Notes: generated by a model from the sequence alone, not told the origin. Positions 9,057 through 22,251 are shown, counted from the first letter of the stretch. The stretch: DNA of 64,000 bases from a virus (IMGVR_UViG_3300033463_000075:18164-82163), one strand, 5' to 3'. Translations and numbers: made by a program.

Positions 9057-9632
9057 TTATGCTTTTGATATATCTTGCAGTGTCATTGTTCAGTCAATAA
9101 CTAACGAATAGTTAGATTTCAAGTCTGATAGGTCGATGGCATCCTCACTATCAGCTCACTGATTAGTACTGCTGTCTATAAATAAATATTCAGCACTTCT
9201 ATTACTTATCTTAGACTCACTGCTATTGGTATCACAGTACAAAGCTAATTTATAAATAATTTGTTTTGAGCTACCTTCTTTTAATGTTATAAAAGCATAA
9301 GGTATTTTAAAGTGGTAAGTAGCACTGCAGCTATCACTGGTAGATTCTAAAAGCATACCAGGTTCATGTAGTATAGCAGCAGACCTACATGTTTCTTTTG
9401 AAAAATCTGGATTAGCAGGTGTATCTGTCTCTGGGTCAACTACAGTAAATAGTCTAATTCTGCAAGGTCGTAGTTCATCATAATAAGCGCCAGTTAAGCA
9501 GTAGCCTAAAAATTTAAATAAAGGTTCTTTTCCTTTATTATGTGACTCTGAGCTAAATAATACTTTATTATTAGGCCCGATAACACTTATTTTTACATGT
9601 CCTTCATATGATATTATGCTATTTGTATCCAT
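9057..9632 (-). CDS. baseplate-region hypothetical protein (191 aa, 2 TGA)
   Basis: Readthrough of TGA 9156 and 9090 to TAA 9057; ends YSLVID[W]TMTLQD. Confidence 0.7.
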
Positions 9633-9649
9633 ATTATAATTTAATCCTA

Positions 9650-10351
9650 TTAATTATTATTATTTTCTTCAGTTTCGCTTTCATCTGCTGGTTTATAAAT
9701 TGTGCTATTTGAAATATAACCTTCTTTATCTGAAACACCAAATCTATTATAGTTATCTGATAATGGCTTAATTTTATCTGGCTGAATAATTTTTGCATAA
9801 TTATTATAGTCTATATCTTTACCAATAATAGTATGCTCTACTGAATCGGCTGTATGTGTGTATATCGTAATAGCATTGCTACTTGCAATAGTTTCTTTTA
9901 CAAAAGTACAAGACATACCAGCTGGAAGTATATAATCTAGCAAATCCCTAAGTAGAGTAATATCATTAAGAGTACTTGGCAAATAAAGTGTTATATTTGT
10001 ATTTTTAATTGCATAGGCTGTTTTGCTTCTAATACCTTCGGCATTTAGCACTGCATTACAGACGCTTATAATACTTTGTATATTTCCTTTATTTTTTAAA
10101 GCATAGCTAAATACATTACATAAAGCCGTCAATTGAGCTATATTATAGTTATGTTTTGACTTAAAGCCTAAAGTCATCGCTACTAGGCTTAGTAGTTGTG
10201 AATCAGTATTTCTGTCAAGCGGTAAATAGTTTATAAGCTCAGTATTTGTTTTTATAGAATTTAAAACTAAATCATATAGTCTTCCAATAAATTGAAAGTC
10301 TCTTGATTGTCTATAGTATACATTTGGTGTAAGTTCTTCTAATTTAATCAT
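9650..10351 (-). CDS. baseplate wedge protein (P2 gpI/T4 gp7-like)
   Basis: LLSLVAMTLGF...LKNKGNIQSI pattern; follows the gp6/J-like gene. Confidence 0.65.
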   Translation of the reverse strand: MIKLEELTPNVYYRQSRDFQFIGRLYDLVLNSIKTNTELINYLPLDRNTDSQLLSLVAMTLGFKSKHNYNIAQLTALCNVFSYALKNKGNIQSIISVCNAVLNAEGIRSKTAYAIKNTNITLYLPSTLNDITLLRDLLDYILPAGMSCTFVKETIASSNAITIYTHTADSVEHTIIGKDIDYNNYAKIIQPDKIKPLSDNYNRFGVSDKEGYISNSTIYKPADESETEENNNN

Positions 10352-10355
10352 GTTA

Positions 10356-13300
10356 TTATATTTTTGAAGATAATGTTAGGGTTATACCTTTTGATAGATA
10401 ATCAGCATCAAGTTCAGATATTACAAATTTATTATTTATATTATTATAGTCATATCAAGACAATGCTGACTTTAATGTTACGGTATCATCATTACTATTT
10501 AAATCAATTTGATTAGAGCTGTCTAAATCAGCTGAATAGTAAAAAGCATGTGTTGTATCTATTGATCTAATTTTAGCTAAAATATCTGCTAAGCGTTTAA
10601 CATCATCATCTCCAGCATAAGCCAATTTTGGATTGATGCCCTTAACTGTTTTTAATATATCAAATATTAGTGCATAAGCAACAACAGCATCTGTTGGTTG
10701 ACAAATACTTATATTACAATCTTCTGTAAATTTTATCATATTAATTCCAGGCTTCAAGTAATAAAAGTCGCCTATGCTGCTCTCTATATGATAATTAGGC
10801 CACCACGTTTCTACAGCTGTTTCTTCTCCAGTTTCAGGATCTGTCTCATACAGATTATAAATTACTAGTGGTTTTGTTGATGTAGTAGTAATATAACAGT
10901 TATTAGTTATATCTGTATCTGATGGTGCAGTATTATAGATCATCATTAAACCATAGTTAGTCTCAGAAACATCTCGTATATTTAATTGTCTGCTATCAGG
11001 TTGACCACCTTTATTAATAGTTAATATAAGTTTAGTTAAGTTAGTACCATAGTTATTTACTTCAGCTTCTTGAATAGCCTGACTATCCAATGTCTTTTTT
11101 CTAATCTTAAAATCACTTACTTTAGTTTCTGTGCCATTAGTAGTAAGTTCCCTGTTGCGTGTATCAACATAACTGTTAGCAGTATTACATATATAGTCAG
11201 CATTAAGAACAAGTGGATTTGTATCATTACCAGCTAATTCTGTAGGTGTATCTACATCTATTTCTTTTTCTTTTCCAGTTTCAGGATCTATTTCTTTTTC
11301 TTTATAATAAATAGATATACTATCAAAATTATGTAAATATTGATCAATAGCCGGCCCCATATTTATTTGTAATATACTGCGGGCTTCTCATGATATATCA
11401 GTCATATTAAAAGTGGATAATGGGGTATCCTCACTATCTTTATATTTGTAAGAGGCACTTTTAATTGGTGTAAATGTTTGAGTTAAGCTATTAGCACCAA
11501 GGTTTGTAAATTCAATAGCAGTAAGTGCATCACCTTCACCTAATGTAATATATTGATATTCATTTAGCGTTAAGTAGTCTGAGTCAACTGTTTGATCATC
11601 GCTATGCACAAAAGTATATTGTCGTCATGGAATAGCTGCAGATAAGCCTTGCTCTAATATCTCTTCGGCACTGATTTCAGTATCAGATAATTCTTTATAA
11701 ATAGGCTGAACGCCATAGTGCACAATTTGAGTGCCGCTGCTGTATACTACAAAATCAGTCTTATTAATGTCTGTATAACATAGATATTCGCCATCCTTAA
11801 GAGTATAAGCTCTACCATTATCTTCATCAAATGTAAATATAATTCTATTATTGTTGTCTACATGTGAAGCCTCATCGTTTCTATGTCAATATAAGAAAGT
11901 ATATGCTTTGTCTAAATCTACTAATGACTTATTTATAACTTCAATTTGGTCATTGGCACCCAATGAATACATTTTTTCTAATGTTTGTTTACCACTTGGA
12001 GCATCATTAAATGGACCTATATTTTGAGCATTTACCTTAGTGCTGCCTGTTTGATTATATAAATCAAAATTAGGTCTAATAATAAGGTTATCATTAGCAT
12101 CATAATATTCATATTTAATATCAGATGTTGTTGTGCCATCAGAATCTGTCGTTGTAGTTGTATATTTAATATATAGCTCATCATCGCCTTGTAGCTTGTA
12201 GACTGTACCAGCAGAACATACAAGTGCTCCTTCATTCACACGTGTAGTTCTAAAGAAATACCAAACATAAGCAGAATATGTTTTACTTGTTCTAAAGTTT
12301 GGAGCTCTAAATTGTATTAGCTCATTTTGTTTTAATTCTAGTGGTAATGTAATAGCACCTTCTCCGCTAAACTTTGGAGTAAAAGCTGATGTTAAGTGGT
12401 CAATAATATAAGCTGGATTTACAACATTAGGATAAATAGCTGTTGTATTAATATTATAACTATAAGCAAAGTCATCATTATAAGCTAATAGTGGTATTCT
12501 GCCAGCTAAAACGTTATTTAATACTAAAGCATTATAAGTTTTGTCATATTGCTCTTTATTGTTAACTTCAGTAAGTTCTGTTCCATTTACTAAACAAAAA
12601 GCGGTAATTAATTTAGGGTCATCTGACCAGTATACATCTTTAATTCTGCTATCAGCATTTTTAATGCACTCAAGCATAACTTCCATTGGTATTTGTTCGC
12701 CAAATTCAAGCATTCTCATATTAAATTCTGCATATAGAGCTTTATATACATTATTTAATATTAGTTGCTCTTCTATACTATTTACTTTTCTTATAGTAAC
12801 AATTTTAGCATTAAGTCTAACATAGTTTTTAATACAAGCTATATCAGTAGAATCTGGTTCAATAATATTATGAGCAATAGTTTTATTTGCAGCTAAGTTA
12901 GCCTTAATTTCATAGTTATTAATAGCTGTATACTTAAAAGAATTCAAGTAGTCATCTTTCTTACCTAGATTAAAGTATGTTTTGAATGGGTAAAGCACTA
13001 AATCAAAACTATTTATTAAAGGCACTATTTCTTTATTAGCATTTTCTGCTTCTTTAGCTATGTTTTGATAACACATACCATATTCACTGAATGTACATAA
13101 TGTAACAGCCTTATTTATATCATCTCTAATATCTGATACAATAATATTAGATACAAGTGGCGTTGTATCTGTATCACTTGTAACCATCTGATAAATCTTA
13201 TTCATATAATCTCTGCAAGTGACTAAAGTATCAAATGTGCCAATAGTCTTTTTATAGCTATTATAAGCTTGATTAATCGTCTCAGGATTTGCACCATTTG

Positions 13301-14192
13301 TAGCAGCTGCAGTGTTTGATACACTATAATCTGAAGTAGTGTCTGTATCTGACCAGCTTTCTGGTTTCTCTAGTTTTGTTAAAACACCAGCAGAAATATT
13401 ACCATTTACCCCATTTGTTCGTGTGTATCTTATATATAAGCCATCTTCTATAATATCATTTATATCTTCAGGAAATTGGATATATGGCATTTGTTTAGAT
13501 GAGCTATATCCAAACTTATATATTTTTTTATCTAGTGGTTGAGTATTTAAGTTATCAACACATTCCCATAACTCACTTAAAAAGCCATCACTATAATTTT
13601 GAACAAATATACCATTTTCAGCAATTTTATCTTCTGGTAAGTAATATCTGTAATTATCATCTAATAGGGCAACAGAAATAATGTTGTCATCATCTGACTC
13701 GCATTCGCAAAGTTCACCTTCCATAACTTCTACAGCTTTTGATGTTTGCTCTGTTGTTAATGTGATTGGTGCAAGTGTAAAATAGTTTATATCATCTTCA
13801 TTATTTTTAATATTCGTAAAAGCATCAATAGTTTTACCACTACTTGGAAGTGCCCCTTCACCTTTATATGAGATATTAACTGTTGTAGTGGCTGATTGAT
13901 AATATTTCATAGTATAACCAAGCATATCACAAAGTCTTCTCATAGATTCCTCTTGTGTAGCTGATGGCATATAGGCTTCAAGTATATTTTTATCAATATT
14001 ATAATTAAGTTTATCGCCCAAAGCTGCTAAAACTTTTAATAATACAATACCAGGGTCAGCTTCATTTGTTGAAGTTGGATCTCATCTATTTGATATTTTG
14101 CCAGCTGTATCTAAAAGCTCATTCCATATTTGGTAAAAGTCTTTCTTTGTTGGTGATAAATCTACAGCAGTTATTTCCTTGTTAGTAATCAT
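10356..14192 (-). CDS. large baseplate wedge protein (T4 gp6/baseplate J-like; 1278 aa, 5 TGA)
   Basis: KDFYQIWNEL...NR[TGA]DPTSTNEADPGIVLL...EAYMPSATQEES...MLGY; TGAs 14082, 11886, 11625, 11388, 10455 all in frame; TAA 10356. Confidence 0.85.
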
Positions 14193-14201
14193 TTATTACT
14201 C

Positions 14202-14594
14202 CTATCTTATATTATCATTTTGTTCAAATAGCACTAAGTTAAAAGTATTAGTTTGATAGTCTATTTGATTAATTGCTCTAAAATTACAATATAGCACACC
14301 CTTTTCTTTATCTTGCACGATTTCAATATTAGCTCTTTCTACTTTTATTTGAGGCACAAAAATTGCAAGCTGTGTATAAATCATATCTGCGATGGTATCT
14401 CTAAGTATTGGGCTGTTTTGATTAAATAGATAATACTTAAAAAGCAAGCCTCAATATGGGTCGCAAAAAAGTTCTCCACGTTCTGTACTCAATGTTAAAA
14501 TAGTATTTTGTTTAGTAGCAGCTAGATATTCACTGCTCTTTCAAACTCGTGTGCTATTTGTATTAAACATTTTTGGAAACTTAATTGATTGCAT
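14202..14594 (-). CDS. baseplate gp25-like protein (130 aa, 2 TGA)
   Basis: LTLSTERGELFCDPY[TGA]G...FVPQIKV; adjacent to wedge gene. Confidence 0.8.
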
Positions 14595-14618
14595 TTTATA
14601 CTTCCTTACTAAACTATA

Positions 14619-14627
14619 TAATTTAGC
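14619..14627 (-). promoter_or_regulatory. GCTAAATTA putative late promoter
   Basis: Exact motif 25 nt upstream of ATG 14594. Confidence 0.7.
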
Positions 14628-14653
14628 AATTTATTTATATAAATTTAATAAAT

Positions 14654-15424
14654 TTATTCTTCTGTTTTTTTAGTATATTCTATTGTAACATATATAGCTG
14701 CTACTCTTCCTTCAGATCCATTTCCATAAGTTATTAATTTGCTATCAGTATTATCAGTATGATAAATTACAGAAAAGTATTCGCCACTATTAGCGTAACC
14801 ATGATTTACAATATATCCATTTGTTGTTTTATAAAAAGTATGTGTAGGTTCAATTAAAACAGTATCTGGATTTAAGTCTACAATACTCTTTTCTTGATTA
14901 GCAGAATAATTTGTGCAAGCAATTTGAATTGTGCGTCTATATAATTTTTTTCCATCCAATCAAGTTCCAACTACTTCATCATCAGCAGAGTAGAGAGTAG
15001 TAGAAGGCTCTGTTGAAAGTTTTTGTAATTGTGCTACTATATCCGATAATGTTCTGTAGCTATTTATATCTCCTTCTAATAGTTTATTAGATTTTTTATT
15101 TGCTATTATTTTTGTTTCAAGTGGTATTGATAGCTCCTTAGCACTTATACTAAAGCAGTTAAGCATACCTTTTGGATCTGTATTTTCAGTAGCATTATCA
15201 ATGTAAAGCTTTCCAATTACTACAGGGCTATTTAATTGATTATCTTCAAAAGCAACATAGACAATATCATTTATTTTATAGCTATTGTAAAGCCCTGGTA
15301 TTGTAGAAATTGTAGCCTCGTTAATAACTGCACTAGTGCTTCCAGCTTGTTCAAAAATTGGTAAGCGTACTTGACAGATATTTGTATTATAATCTATATT
15401 TACTATTATTCCTTTTGTTATCAT
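14654..15424 (-). CDS. baseplate spike/gpV-like OB-fold protein with C-terminal W-x-DGK-x-x-YR module (256 aa, 1 TGA)
   Basis: TGA 14960 fuses two track ORFs: EVVGT[W]LDGKKLYRRTI; N-terminal CQVRLP...NDIVYVAF...PVVIG. Confidence 0.7.
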
Positions 15425-15432
15425 ATTGCACC

Positions 15433-16731
15433 TTAATCAGCTATACGTGTTAAACCTAATGTAGTTCTATAGCCACTTTCACTAATGTCATCTTTTTGGC
15501 TTGTTATTAAGTATAAACCAGATGTTATATGTTTTTGTCCACCTGGAAAAATAACATTAAGCCTAACGTATGTCATAAGTGTGGCAGGTCTTAGCAAACC
15601 TTGAATTGTTACTGAAGCACTAATTGGATACTGTGTCATTCTTGACCATCATACTGCATCATTAATTTTTGTAGCATGTAATTCATTTTTTGAGGAAATT
15701 ACTGGTGCATATTCATCTTCCCAGATGCCTTTATTGTTTAAGCGTCTAACATAGCTCTCAGGGTTAATTTCATTTTGATAGTTGTAATATAATGAATAAT
15801 TCTCTTGGTCATTTACACTAAAGTTAGTTACTACAGTAGATGACATAGTTCCAATATCTATTTCATAAGCTTCTGCCTGTTTCTTAGCGCTTGTTACTCT
15901 TGTGACTTTAAAATATGGTCCACTTAGGTCTGACATATCACTATATAACTTATCATAAATTGATTCATCATGTATGGTTAATAAATAAATGTCTCTATAG
16001 CTATTTCCCTCTGAGGCACTTGCTGGCACCATGCAATTTACTAAATAAGTTATATAGTCTATTGGTGTAATATTAGTTTTTGTATCAAGCTGAACATATT
16101 TATCACTACCATCTATCAGTGTGCTTAATCTATCAACTGACATGCCTGAAAATAAATTTTGTAAACCGTAATGTGAATTAGAAAATACACGCTTTATTTC
16201 GTCACTTGGTTTTTCAAGTTTACCTTTTATATGATTAAAGGTATAGCTACCTTGTTGACCCAAGCTTGCTTTTGATACAGCAGACACTGTGTATGTTATA
16301 ACAGAGTTCATAGCCCCGCCATTTCCAAAGCTAAAGCCTTGTTTAACATCAGTAATAATAGCTTCTTCATCTTTATAAACATAACTTGGCATAGATGCAT
16401 CTCCATAGCTAAAAGTTATAGCACGAGTATTGCTCACAGATGAAAATACCTTTTCAAAAAAGTTAGGATCGTCTCCAACTCTAACCGGATAGTTTATAGT
16501 TAATGTATATTGGTTTACTTGACCATTTATTTTATTAATAGATAAGCTTTTTATATAATTAGGAAATTGAACATTATAAGCACTATAAAAGCCTGTGCTT
16601 GTTTCTTTATTTATTGCAGATTTGCTAAAGACACCAAAAGTAAAGCTACCAATAGTAACCTTAACTCAAGGAGCTTGAATACGCGCATTACTTGATAATA
16701 AGCTACGTCTATTTCCAGCTGTATCTATCAT
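15433..16731 (-). CDS. baseplate hub protein (gp27/gpD-like; 432 aa, 2 TGA)
   Basis: ATG 16731 overlaps upstream TAA; TGA 16666 and 15649 in frame; C-terminal SGLYLIT...GYRTTL. Confidence 0.65.
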
Positions 16732-17057
16732 TATCTAAGGTCTCCAAAACTAATAGAAGATATACTTGGTATTTTTATAATATCAAATTTATTCTTAAGG
16801 GGTACTAGTGAATCTTGAATATCATTAAAATAAGCAATAATTCACCAATATGTTGGGTTATTATAATATTTTAAGGCTAGGCTATCTAGTGTATCTTCTT
16901 GCACAACTTTGTGTGCAACCCAAGGTGTATCCTTATCTAAATTTTGTCCAATACCAAAAATATCTTTTTCATCTTGTTTGTTGTAATAATAAGGCACACC
17001 AGTATATCGGCATACATAATCAAAACTATTATATCTTTTATTTGTTAATACATCCAT
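16731..17057 (-). CDS. LysM-like baseplate wedge protein (gp53/gpX-like; 108 aa, 1 TGA)
   Basis: EDTLDSLALKYYNNPTYW[TGA]IIAYFNDI...KIP. Confidence 0.8.
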
Positions 17058-17087
17058 AGTTTGTTCCTCGTCGCATTATAAGCCCAA

Positions 17088-17669
17088 TTAAGAGACATTC
17101 ATCCCATTCTCAAGCGTTTTTACTATTCCTCTGAAACCGCCAGATTTATAGACCTCTGATGCATCATATGGATCTACCTCTGATATTACTAATTGTAAAG
17201 AAACTTGTGCATATTTATTATTAGACAAAATAGGCTTTTGGAAAGTTAAACCAATGCTGCTATTTAAAATACCTTTAATAAATATTTCTTCACCAATTCT
17301 TAAAGCTAACAAAGGTGGCTCTACAGCTTTATTGTTTAAATTATATTTTGGTACAACAATAGCTCTTAATGCATTAATTAAGTTATCTATATAATCTTCA
17401 CCTGCAGCTAATTTTACATTGCTGTTTCCAATATTTACATCATCCATCATGTCTCTGTGCAAATTAAGTGTTATTTGTACAGTTCTTGGACCTGAGTTGC
17501 TATATGTATAGACTGGTGCTGATCTGCCTAGTGCACTTGTTGCTTGGAAAGTCGAGCCCATTGAGTCTGTAATACTATCTGGGTATGTTGGTATAACTCA
17601 ATATTGTAAACCCTCGTCTAAATGCGAAATATATAAATAATTATCTGGAAGTGGGTAATTTCTTTCCAT
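17088..17669 (-). CDS. tail tube initiator/baseplate gp48-54-like protein (193 aa, 1 TGA)
   Basis: GRSAPVYTYSNSGPRTVQITL...PPLLALRIG; ATG 17669 overlaps TAA; TGA 17598. Confidence 0.65.
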
Positions 17670-19066
17670 TAGCTATCTCCTTTATCACTTTTATAAATAT
17701 TTGTATATAAGTCTTCGCTAGCTATAGTATGTCAATTATTATTAGCATTACCTATTTGTTTATTTTTAAATAAAGTTTCAACATCTTTATCTATATATCC
17801 AAGTATATCATAATTGTTGCTAGTTGTATTATTTATATTTGCAGTATTCATATAGCTATAAATAATTGGCATCATGGTGTTACTTCAAATGCCTTTATAT
17901 GGGCTTGTTAATAAATTATTTATTTCTAAAACTTTTTGAGCACGTTCTATATTATCTGGTAACTTATCAAGCGGTGTAATAGCATTACCAATTAGGTATT
18001 CTATCAAACGGTCAGCAAATGGGTAGCTCTCAGTAGTATTTAGTTCAAGTAATTGTAATGATGTTATATATTTATAGTTAGCATTCTCATTTAAATATGG
18101 CTTCTCGATATTATTTATCGCATAATTTGGGTAAGATTTGTACTTATTTTTAGACACATTTATTGTATCATTTCAACCAATATAATTGCCTTCTAAAATA
18201 GTAATACTTGAATTTACACCTACAGGCACTTTAATAAACATTTTTAAGTTTAGCTCATTTTGAGCTAAGTTATTTAAGAATGTATCCCTATCTTCCACAT
18301 TCTTAGTAAGTAAATCTATAGTAGCAAGGTTATCATATAAAAATGGTCTATTAAAGTTTGTGCTATTTAATTTTACATAAGTTGTAGCTGGCAAGTCTTT
18401 TAAGGCTTGATTTGTGCCTTGATATTTACCATATATTCCGCAGCATATTTCAATAGCCAAGTCAGAGTCAATAGCTATTGTATATTCTTTAAATAGTTTT
18501 ATTGGTAGCATATAAATCTTATACTTAGTATCAGATCCGCTGAAGGTACTTATACTGATATTATTTTTTATTATATTCAATGATAAATTACTACAAATTC
18601 TGTTACTAAAGCAATTATATAATGGCATTAAATTTATATGATTATAATCTCTTTGAAAGCGTAAGTAATCACCTAAGTATTCATGTGTATATGAATCATA
18701 TATATTATTTTTTATTTCAAGGTTCTTTGTATAATTTGGCATGCGCTCATTATATTCATAAAAATGTGTATGAGTTGATAGCTTTTTACTACTTCAGCCC
18801 TTTGGCACCCACTCTCAATTATTAGCAGAGGTCTCTCTATACTCTTCTATACGCCCATTTCTTATATAAGGCACATACATTAAGACTTCATTAGCTTTAT
18901 TCACATCATCTTTTGTAGTTAGGCCACTATCCCCAATTTTATGATATACTAATGTTTTTATTGGTGGCTCATTTTCAACAAATACTCTAACTTTTGGCAA
19001 ATTAAAAGAATGAAGTAATTGTTTTATGTAGCCTGTTAATATATGGTTGCTATTAAATTTAAACAT
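17669..19066 (-). CDS. hypothetical tail/baseplate protein (465 aa, 5 TGA)
   Basis: TGAs 18815, 18794, 18173, 17885, 17732 fuse three track ORFs; TAA 17669. Confidence 0.75.
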
Positions 19067-19080
19067 GTTAAATACCTCTA

Positions 19081-21039
19081 TTATACATTATTTATTCTTC
19101 AGCCTACTGTTTGTGCCATTGATAATATATTTTTGATGTCATCAATTAATTCATGAACAGACCATATACTATCATTAATAGTTTTTGCGGTTATTTCAGC
19201 TTCATCTGGATTTTCACCAGTAAGCTCAAGTTTTTTCTCTTCAGCGGCACCAAATGTTGCAGCTTCAACTTCACCGCCACCGCCACCTATATAGACACTA
19301 CCAGAAGTGCCTGATCCCAATACAGATACTGAACCGCCAGATAGTCCTAAAGCATTAAGAATTTGTTTTCCAGAAACACCACCCATGCCTGCGCCAGACG
19401 TTCCAGCTCCAAGCATAGTTGCTACACCTTGCAATAAGCTAGCACTCATTGCACCAGCTTGCATTATTTGTGCAACAGTTGTTTTTAGATCAACACCACT
19501 ACCTAAAGCATATACTGTAGGAATTGCAATACCGCCTACCAAATCTTGTAGCATATTTGCTGCCATCATTGTAGCATATAAAGCTGGATTATTAGCAAGC
19601 CCTGCTGAGATAGTGTAGGAAAAGTTTTCTTTAGCAGTGCTCATTAGCTCACCAATGCTAGTTCTGCCATACATACTGCCTGCCATTTTATAAAGGTTGT
19701 CAATAAAACCACCATAATTACCAGTAGTTTTTCTAGTGCCAGATAATTGGGAAGCACTAATATTACCAATAGCTTTTAAGTCAGAGGCTGATAAGCCAAA
19801 TACTTTAGCTAATTGTTGACGAGTAACTAAACTAGATGATGAGCCATTTAATTCAGCTAAATAACCAACAACATTTTCAAGCAATAGGTTAGTATCATCG
19901 GCACTTAAGCTATTATTTAAAATATCACCTAAAGATAAACCTGCTCTATTTGCAGCCATAATTAGTAGATTTGTAGCTCCACCACCGGTTAGACCTGAAA
20001 TATCACCAGCAGATAGTTTACCCAAAGCACTAGCAATTCCTTGAACACCCTCTTGAGACATACCTACAGAATACATAGAGCCCATTCATTTTTGAACTTG
20101 GAATTCAAAGGCAGTAGCTTGCGTAGCTCCCATTAAAGCTGAAGCTTCGTAGATGCTTGATCTAATATTAGCAGCAGCGTCTGTCATGTATTCAGTAGTA
20201 GAGTACATAGAGTTCAAGAACTCATTTAATGCAGCTTCCATACCTAAACGGCCAGCTGTTGTATCTGCTTGTTGTATACGAATTAACTTAATTAAGCTCG
20301 AATCAAAAGAATTAAAAGTAGTTGCAATTTTATCTTTTAATGTTTCCATTGCAGCTCTTTGCTCAACATTAAATGCAATACCTTTACTAACCATAGTAGA
20401 GATATTATTCATAAATGTTTCTTGTGAAATAAGAGGAGAAACTCCAGCTAAGCCAGTAATATCTTTACTAAAGTTTCTAAAATAAGAACCCATAAAGGTC
20501 TTATTATTAGTAGAACCATATAAACGTGTATCTATAGCTGATTGATACTTGGCTATTTGGTCGGCTTTACTCATTACTTGTTTAGACATATCAGCTATGC
20601 TATTAACAAGTGATGTTAGACCAATAGTTAAAGCATCTTTGGTGCCATAGGTATCTACATAAGCTTTAGCTTTTGAAAGCTTACCATCTAAGCCACGTTC
20701 TTTTAAATCATCAAGTTTATCTTGAAGGTCTTGTGCTTTTTTAATATTTTCTTGTGCTTGCTTAGTTTTAGCAGTTAACTTGTCAAGTTCTTTATTTAGT
20801 TTGTCTACTTCTTTTTTGTCTTTAGCAGCTTTAGCATCAGCTATTTGCTGTTCTAATTTTAGACGCTTTTTAAATGAGTTTTGTTCTATTTTGTATTGTT
20901 TTTGAGCAGTTTCATAGTTTATTTTTTCTCTTTCCTTAGCAAGATCATTCTCAAGCTTTTTACGAGCTTCAGATTCTTCTGTAAGGCTTTTTCCTAAATA
21001 CTTTGTAAGTTCATTATACTGCTCTGAATAGTAACTCAT
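19081..21039 (-). CDS. tape measure protein (652 aa, 2 TGA)
   Basis: N-terminal coiled coil, Ala/Gly/Ser-rich C-terminus, lies after chaperone; TGA 20086 (QVQK[W]MGS) and 19099; TAA 19081. Confidence 0.8.
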
Positions 21040-21047
21040 TTTAACTC

Positions 21048-21278
21048 CTACTTATTACCTAAATTTTGTTGTTTAATCTGTTCTATACGCTTATTACTTT
21101 CTTCAAATTTTTTATTTATTTCATCTATCAAGTATATTCTTTCTTGGTAAGATATATCTAATACATCTGTATAACTCATATGTAAGTTATCACTTATGAA
21201 TCAGCATTCTTTTAATATTTCACGGTATCTCTTTGGCCCATATGCTTTACCATCTTTAGATATTTGTGGGTCTAAAAA
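21048..21278 (-). CDS. tail chaperone extension (GT/gp51-like), probably reached by frameshift
   Basis: +1 frame relative to chaperone, open through one TGA (21201) to TAG 21048; ...EC[W]FISDNLHMSYTDVLDISYQERIYLID. Confidence 0.55.
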
Positions 21279-22026
21279 ACTCGGGCCCGAAGCGAAAAAA
21301 TGTTTTGAATTCTTCGCCACATTCTTTACAAGTTAATGTAACAGATGTGTCTAAGCCGAAACAAGTATTTAGCTTATCAACAGTATTTAGTATCTTTAGC
21401 ATATCCATAGCAGGTAAGCTATTAATAAATGTTTCTAACTTGCTTGAATTTAGCTTTTCTCCATCAACTAGATCAATAGTTGCAAGCATTTTAGCCATAG
21501 GCTCAAAGTCAATTTCGGCATCTTTAAATCTAGCTTTAAATTCTTTAACCTTAATAGCTTGCTCATCAAGCATTCTTGGTGTTTGACACTTAAGTGTTAC
21601 TATATGACCACTTTTTGGTAAGGTAAGCTGTTTTAATTCATTGTACTCAGCTATATCAAAGTCCTTTAGTGTAAGTTCTTCAAGGTGGGCTTCACCCTCA
21701 ATTAATGACCCACAATTAGTGCAAATAGCTGACATCTTATATAAATCGCCATAAGATACAATTCTTAGCTTATGTAATAAAAATTCATAATCAGCTAAAG
21801 CCATATCATAAACATGCACTTTTGGCTTTTCTATCATGCAACCTTCAATAATATCAGCTAATAGCTTATATGGCATTGTAGATGGGCCAGTTCTTTTCAT
21901 TTCATCCCTAGCAGTCATGCTTCTTAACTCAACGTGGCTATCTACAGGTACATCATAGATTAAACCTTTTGAAGGTAGCTCATAGCCTTCTGCAATAGTA
22001 TAATTTTGTTGTCTTTCCATTTCCAT
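21256..22026 (-). CDS. tail assembly chaperone (T4 gp26-like)
   Basis: LPSKG...CTNC...LPKSG...CKEC...FFRP; located between tube and tape measure. Confidence 0.75.
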   Translation of the reverse strand: MEMERQQNYTIAEGYELPSKGLIYDVPVDSHVELRSMTARDEMKRTGPSTMPYKLLADIIEGCMIEKPKVHVYDMALADYEFLLHKLRIVSYGDLYKMSAICTNCGSLIEGEAHLEELTLKDFDIAEYNELKQLTLPKSGHIVTLKCQTPRMLDEQAIKVKEFKARFKDAEIDFEPMAKMLATIDLVDGEKLNSSKLETFINSLPAMDMLKILNTVDKLNTCFGLDTSVTLTCKECGEEFKTFFRFGPEFFRPTNI

Positions 22027-22041
22027 ATTATATTCCTTTCC

Positions 22042-22212
22042 TTATTTAATATAATGTCTATTTTCTAAATAGTCTTCAAGAATCTCACGCATTAAAGCTG
22101 AGACAGTCTTTTGTCTTTCCTTTGCCAACCACTCTAAACGTTGCTTAAGTGGTTTAGTTAATTCCAGTGATTGCATTACTTTGTCACTTCTATCTACTTT
22201 TTTTCTTCCCAT
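22042..22212 (-). CDS. ribbon-helix-helix DNA-binding protein (56 aa), absent from track
   Basis: MGRKK...QSLELTKPLKQRLEWLAKERQKTVSALMREILEDYL; SD-like AAGGAA. Confidence 0.7.
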   Translation of the reverse strand: MGRKKVDRSDKVMQSLELTKPLKQRLEWLAKERQKTVSALMREILEDYLENRHYIK

Positions 22213-22251
22213 GCTATTATATTCCTTTTACTAAGCATTTTTTCGACTACT

